Origin: Scyliorhinus canicula
Taxonomy: Eukaryota
Direction: 5' to 3'
DNA: 64,000 nt
Assembly (NCBI RefSeq): GCF_902713615.1
Contig: NW_024055493.1
Location: forward strand, 1-64,000
The translations under genes and the position numbers were made by a program. The notes below the pieces were generated by a model that was not told the origin of the DNA, ran no database searches, and saw nothing but the letters and a program-made list of their open reading frames with translations. This document shows, piece after piece, positions 59,313 to 64,000 of the stretch; position 1 is the first letter of the stretch; each line of letters begins with the position of its first letter.

Positions 59313-60814
59313 TTAAATTGTTATTATTGTTGGCCACATGTCGATTAAAGACAATGACCCTTCGTGGAGAGACATGAGATAGAACCAGATATGAGAAAGA
59401 CATAGAGAGAGATCGGATACAGGAAAATTCTACGAACACACTTGCATGCTCTTATATTTAGAGATTAGAGGGGATCTTTCCTAATTATGAACATGGATAT
59501 CATAATGACATTTTTCTCATATAACTGATTCATAAAAAAATGTCGAAAAATAAACACTACTGGAATCCGTTGATCTATTTCCATCTTTGGCTCTATTTCT
59601 GTGCTGTGTTGGTGGGGAAACATTTGTTTCTCTTTTCTCAGTCCGCAATCTGATCTGGAACTTATATTTCTGTGTTTATTTACATAAACACTTCACTGGT
59701 CACAATGAAATGTTCATGTCAGCAAAACGAGATAAACACATTCACATATTGATCAGTTTTACCTCAAAATAGCGGTTTATTTTAGGAATATTGACAGTTG
59801 GTTAAAATGAATAGAAACTTCCATTAGGACAGATGTTACTTAATTGAAATAAAAAAGTACTTTAAATTAAGTATTCATTCTGAAAGTTCTGATGCCTCAA
59901 TTAATAATGCATCTTTAACCAGCTACTTTTCCACTGAATGTTAATTTGATTGAAATATTAACCGATTTAAAGTAGATAGATTAAAACATCAGGCAGAGGA
60001 GTGATCTATAGTCACATTAATCTCTGATCAGTCGACATATTACAACTTGCATTTTAAAATGTTAACGTTTGGAAAGAGCTTGCTTTTGTAAAACACTTTA
60101 CCCGACCTCAGGTCATCCCAACGCCCTTAAAACTCACTGATATATTTTTGCTGAATTTAGTCACCGCTGTAATGTCGGAAACGGAGCAGGGAATTTGTGC
60201 ACAGCAAGCTCCCACAAACTGAGATGTGACAAGTGACCAGCTAATTTGTGATTTTAGATGAAGAATGGACATTGGTCCAAGATACTGGGAAAAGCAGCTC
60301 TGCTCTTTAGAATTATATCAGTGAGGTAATCCACCTGAAACGTGAATCTGTTTCTCTCTCTGCTGATGCCCACTGTCCTGCTCCTCGGTCTTTTTTGTTG
60401 TTTTTGTTTTAGATTTCCAGAATCTGCAGTACTTTGCACAGTTTTATATTCATTCTCGCCATATAGCCATCATTAACTGTCCATCCTGAGAAGCCGGATG
60501 TGAACCACCTTTTTGATGAGGTGCACTTCGAGCGATTTTATTCACATTTGACTTTCAGTAGCAGCTTCCCTTCAACTGACTTGCTTGCTCGGCAATATTA
60601 AAGATAGTTAATAGTCAACCACATCACTGTTGAACTAGAGTCACATAGGGGCCAGACAGAGTAGGGAAGGGAGCTTTCTTCTCCTGAAGGACGCTGGTGA
60701 ACCTGCTGGGCGTTGCGAAATTTCGATTGCTTCGGAAGTATTATAAATGACGCGACGATTTTTGGCTGATTGATTAAGTCATTCAATAGAAAGTCTCTAC
60801 AGCTGCCACAAAAC

Positions 60815-61260
60815 CATAAGATTTGCAGCAGAACTTGGCCATTCGGCTCATGGAATATGATCTGCCATTCAATGAAATCGTGGCAAATCTGGTAAAATCC
60901 TCAACTCCACATTTCCACTTTATCCCCATAACCCTTGATTCGCTTACTGATTAAAAATCTGTCTGTCTCAGCCTTGAACATATTTATTGACCAGGCGAAC
61001 TCTCAACAGCAAATGATTCTATAGAGGCACTACGCTTTGAGAGAAGAAATTCCTCTTCATCCTCGTCTGAAATGAGTGGCACCTTACTCTGTGATTGTGT
61101 CCTATGGTCCTAAACTCTCCCAAAAGTGGGAACAATCTCCAGCATCTACACTGTCAAGCCCCCTGAGAATACTATATATCTCAGTAACTTCGCCTCTGAT
61201 TCTTCTAAACTCCAATTCGTGTAGGCCTAACCCACTTAAGCTCTCCCCATTTCAGTCTCT
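60815..61260 (-). mobile_element. CR1-type LINE 3' end
   Basis: TTGGCCATTCGGCTCAT...AAATTCCTCTTCATC tail. Confidence 0.7.
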
Positions 61261-61269
61261 GTGGTCACA

Positions 61270-61426
61270 GTAAGTAGTCTTACAACACCAGGTTAAACTC
61301 CCTCCTCAGGTGGGAGCAGTGCTCTGAGAGCTAGTGTTTGAAACAAACCTGTTGGACTTTAACCTGGTGTTGTAAGGCATCTTACTGTGTTCACCCCAGT
61401 CCAATGCCAGCATCTCCACATCATGG
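61270..61426. mobile_element. Inverted Penelope-like terminal fragment with a broken hammerhead
   Basis: GTAAGTAGTCTTACAACACCAGGTTAAA on the left and its reverse complement on the right; GGAGCAGTGCTCTGAGAGCTAGTG has GAAA mutated to GAGA. Confidence 0.6.
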
Positions 61427-63064
61427 CCACAGTCTCCATGGTGCAATTGGTCAGCGTGTTTGGCTGTTTACCGCAAGGTCAAGGCCGGATTCTTCTTTAT
61501 TTGCTGACAGGTAGAGTAACGATGGGCCGAGGAGACTCTTTCTGTGCCGTGAAATGCTACCTACCTTTGAAAATCCCTCCACACTCGGGATTTACCTAAA
61601 GAACCTTCTCTGGACTGCCGCTAAAATATCAATCCTTATATAAGACCAAAACTGTTCACAACATTTCAATATGCCCTGGTGGAATGTGTACTCCTGTGTA
61701 TGGAGTATTAGCTCAGGCCTCCAGATTACCCGTTCTGTAATAATATTGCGAGACTATCCAGAAGACTGTAATATCACCGCATCGAAAAGATGGAACAATT
61801 GAACATTAAACACTTCTTCTGCATCGGATCACAGGTCTGGGTCATGTGCTCAGGTATCTGTTGTGGGAGGTGATAGTGATTCCACTGAGAAAAGACTGTT
61901 AACCTATCATGGTTTGCATTTTGACATTCTGAAATATTGCACGGTGAATCTAAAGTTCAAACTATGGGTCCAGTCTTACATGGGTCAATTTAATTTTCAG
62001 AGGCTGGTCTTTTACTAGTCTTGGGTCTTATTCTGACGGGATGGCAATGGTGAATGGGAATTCCACTGGCTCCATCTAAAATATCAGTTATTCCAAAAAT
62101 AGCACACCAGTCTCTGTTTATATTACACCGAACGATGTTCCTGTTGCCTGTCTCGATATTATAAATTATATTATATATTTGCTTGTTTGTACGAGTACAA
62201 TCATTGTTGATTTGGAGATTATATTAATTCTTGTTAATACCTATAAGTAGTTCTATGAAATGTGTATTTGCTCTGCTACCATGTGGGTAATATTGAGTTG
62301 AATATTTTACCACCATCCCAGTAATGAACTGGGCTTGAGGGACAGGTCTACATGTGAACATCGCTGCATTGCAATTTCCAAAAGTTAATGGAAATCTCTG
62401 TTTTGTTCAAAATGATGAATTTACTCTTGTATTATACTCTATCCATTGGAAAGTTGTTTCATGATGAGGATTCTTTTCCTGCCTCGTTTTATATTCACTA
62501 AACGCCTAATATACTGACAGTGTTAGACAGAACAGTTCTCTAACAGAATCACCAGATTGACACCCACAGGATAAATGTCCACCCAATCATAGAACTCTCA
62601 TCTGGTTAAGAAGAGCAAGTGACTTCACTTCAAAAAGGGATTGGCCGTTCGCATAGGTGTGCATATAAAATATTGTTCTTGGGTTTTGCAACTGTAATTT
62701 ATCAAGACATTAAGTTATGTTCAGAATTAATTGTTTCGCTTTGCCATGTCTTCATACGTCTCGGCCCTAAGCTCTGGTATTCATTCCCTACTCCTCTTTA
62801 CCTCAATTCCCTTAATAAAATCATCCCAAATAACCAAGCTTTTAATCATCTGACCTATTAAGTCTTTACACATATATTAATCCACACCCTGCAGTAGGAA
62901 TGACTGCAATAGAGCATGCCTCAGTTTATAACATTCCAGACCCTGAATCAATAATCATTGCTTTATATCCTATATCATTTAAGGGTAATCTCGTCTGCAC
63001 GAGAACCTGTATCGGTTTACGTTAGTCTAGACCTTGCATCAGTAATCACTGCACTAGATCCAAT

Positions 63065-63325
63065 CTCAGTAGCACAATTGCTTCACAGCGCCAGAGTCCC
63101 AGTCTGTGCGGAGTCGGCACGTTCTCCCCGTGTCTGCGTGAGTTTCCATTGGGTGCTCCGGCGTCCTCCCACAAGTCCCAAAAGATGTGCTGTTCGGTAA
63201 TTTGAACATTCTGAATTCTCCATCTGTGTACCCAAACAGGCGGCGGAATGTGGCAACTGGGATCTTTTCACAGTGACTTCATTGCAGTGCTAATGTCAGC
63301 TTACTTGTGATAAAAATATTATTAG
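63065..63325 (+). mobile_element. V-SINE-like element, alternative-tail subfamily
   Basis: TAGCACAATTGCTTCACAGCG head, central domain and GGCGGAATGTGGC tail. Confidence 0.7.
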
Positions 63326-64000
63326 ATTAGTTTCGGTTAATCTCCACCCTATGTGGGTGAAAATCGTTTTAGACCTTGTCATAGAGTCACGGAGAGTTAG
63401 AGGTTTACAATACAGAAAGATGCCCGTCACCCACCATATCTGCGATGGCAATCAGGTACCTATCTATTCTGAGATAGTCCATAGATTGTCTTCCTACCAT
63501 AAAACTATAAGACACAGGAGCAGAATTCGACGATTAGGCCAATCGAGTGCGCTCCACATTCAATCACGACTATTATGTTTCGAAAAGTCTATCTCCTGCC
63601 TTCTTGCCATAACCCTTGATCCCTTATTAATCAAGAAACTATCTATCTCTGTTAGCCTGGTTAGAAAGAGGGAAAGATCCTTCGACACTGCCACATCAAA
63701 TCCTCACCACCCTCTTCAGCTCAGGGTAGACACAGGGTAAATGTTTCTCCACAGTTCTCATTAAACACTGCAAGGTAATTGAATGCTCCAACCACATTTT
63801 AGAGTAAAACTCCGTCTATGTATTCCAATTCATTGGATTCGATCCATTTAGCTGGAAGCCAATGGGGTGAGATTGGGCTGAGAGATTATATTCGGCACAT
63901 GTTGACTTCATGTCGTCGATTAAAGGCAATGACCCATTGTGGAGAGACATGAGACAGAACCAGTTAGGAAAAGGGACAGGTATCAGATGCAGGAGAACTG

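Noticed and set aside
9769-63325. SINE heads as tRNA genes
   Set aside because: They have A/B-box-like motifs but no complete cloverleaf and continue into SINE bodies.

Overview
Eukaryotic, repeat-rich genomic DNA from a cartilaginous fish (most likely a shark; species not determinable here). The main content is one complete, apparently intact IgM heavy-chain cluster on the minus strand in unrearranged germline configuration: promoter and leader (47880-47925), VH (47447-47751), D1, D2 and JH (46172-47008) with RSS spacers of 23, 12/22, 12/12 and 23 nt, an 18.5 kb J-C intron, Cmu1-Cmu4 with secretory tail (23537-27644), and TM1/TM2 (20091-20365). Downstream lie a nine-finger C2H2 zinc-finger gene (13061-13879), two ZNF remnants, an NRF1/YY1-type GC-rich promoter, a drifted tRNA-Arg(ACG) and a 6.9 kb 35-bp satellite. 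The rest is SINEs, CR1/L1/RTE-type LINE relics and short Penelope-like termini. Most interesting observations, all hypotheses: (1) directly upstream of Cmu1 a switch/enhancer-like module made of an octamer, a CCAAT box and a splice donor, a 13x29-bp AGCT/CRE array amplified from a SINE head, and a sense-strand G-rich 20-bp repeat; (2) minimal hammerhead-ribozyme motifs in Penelope-like termini, one in sense orientation in the Cmu4-TM1 intron; (3) a perfect 14-bp GC dyad in the octamer-less VH promoter; (4) a nested heptamer in the D1 3' RSS. Exon, RSS and motif coordinates were counted by hand; boundaries of transposon relics are approximate.
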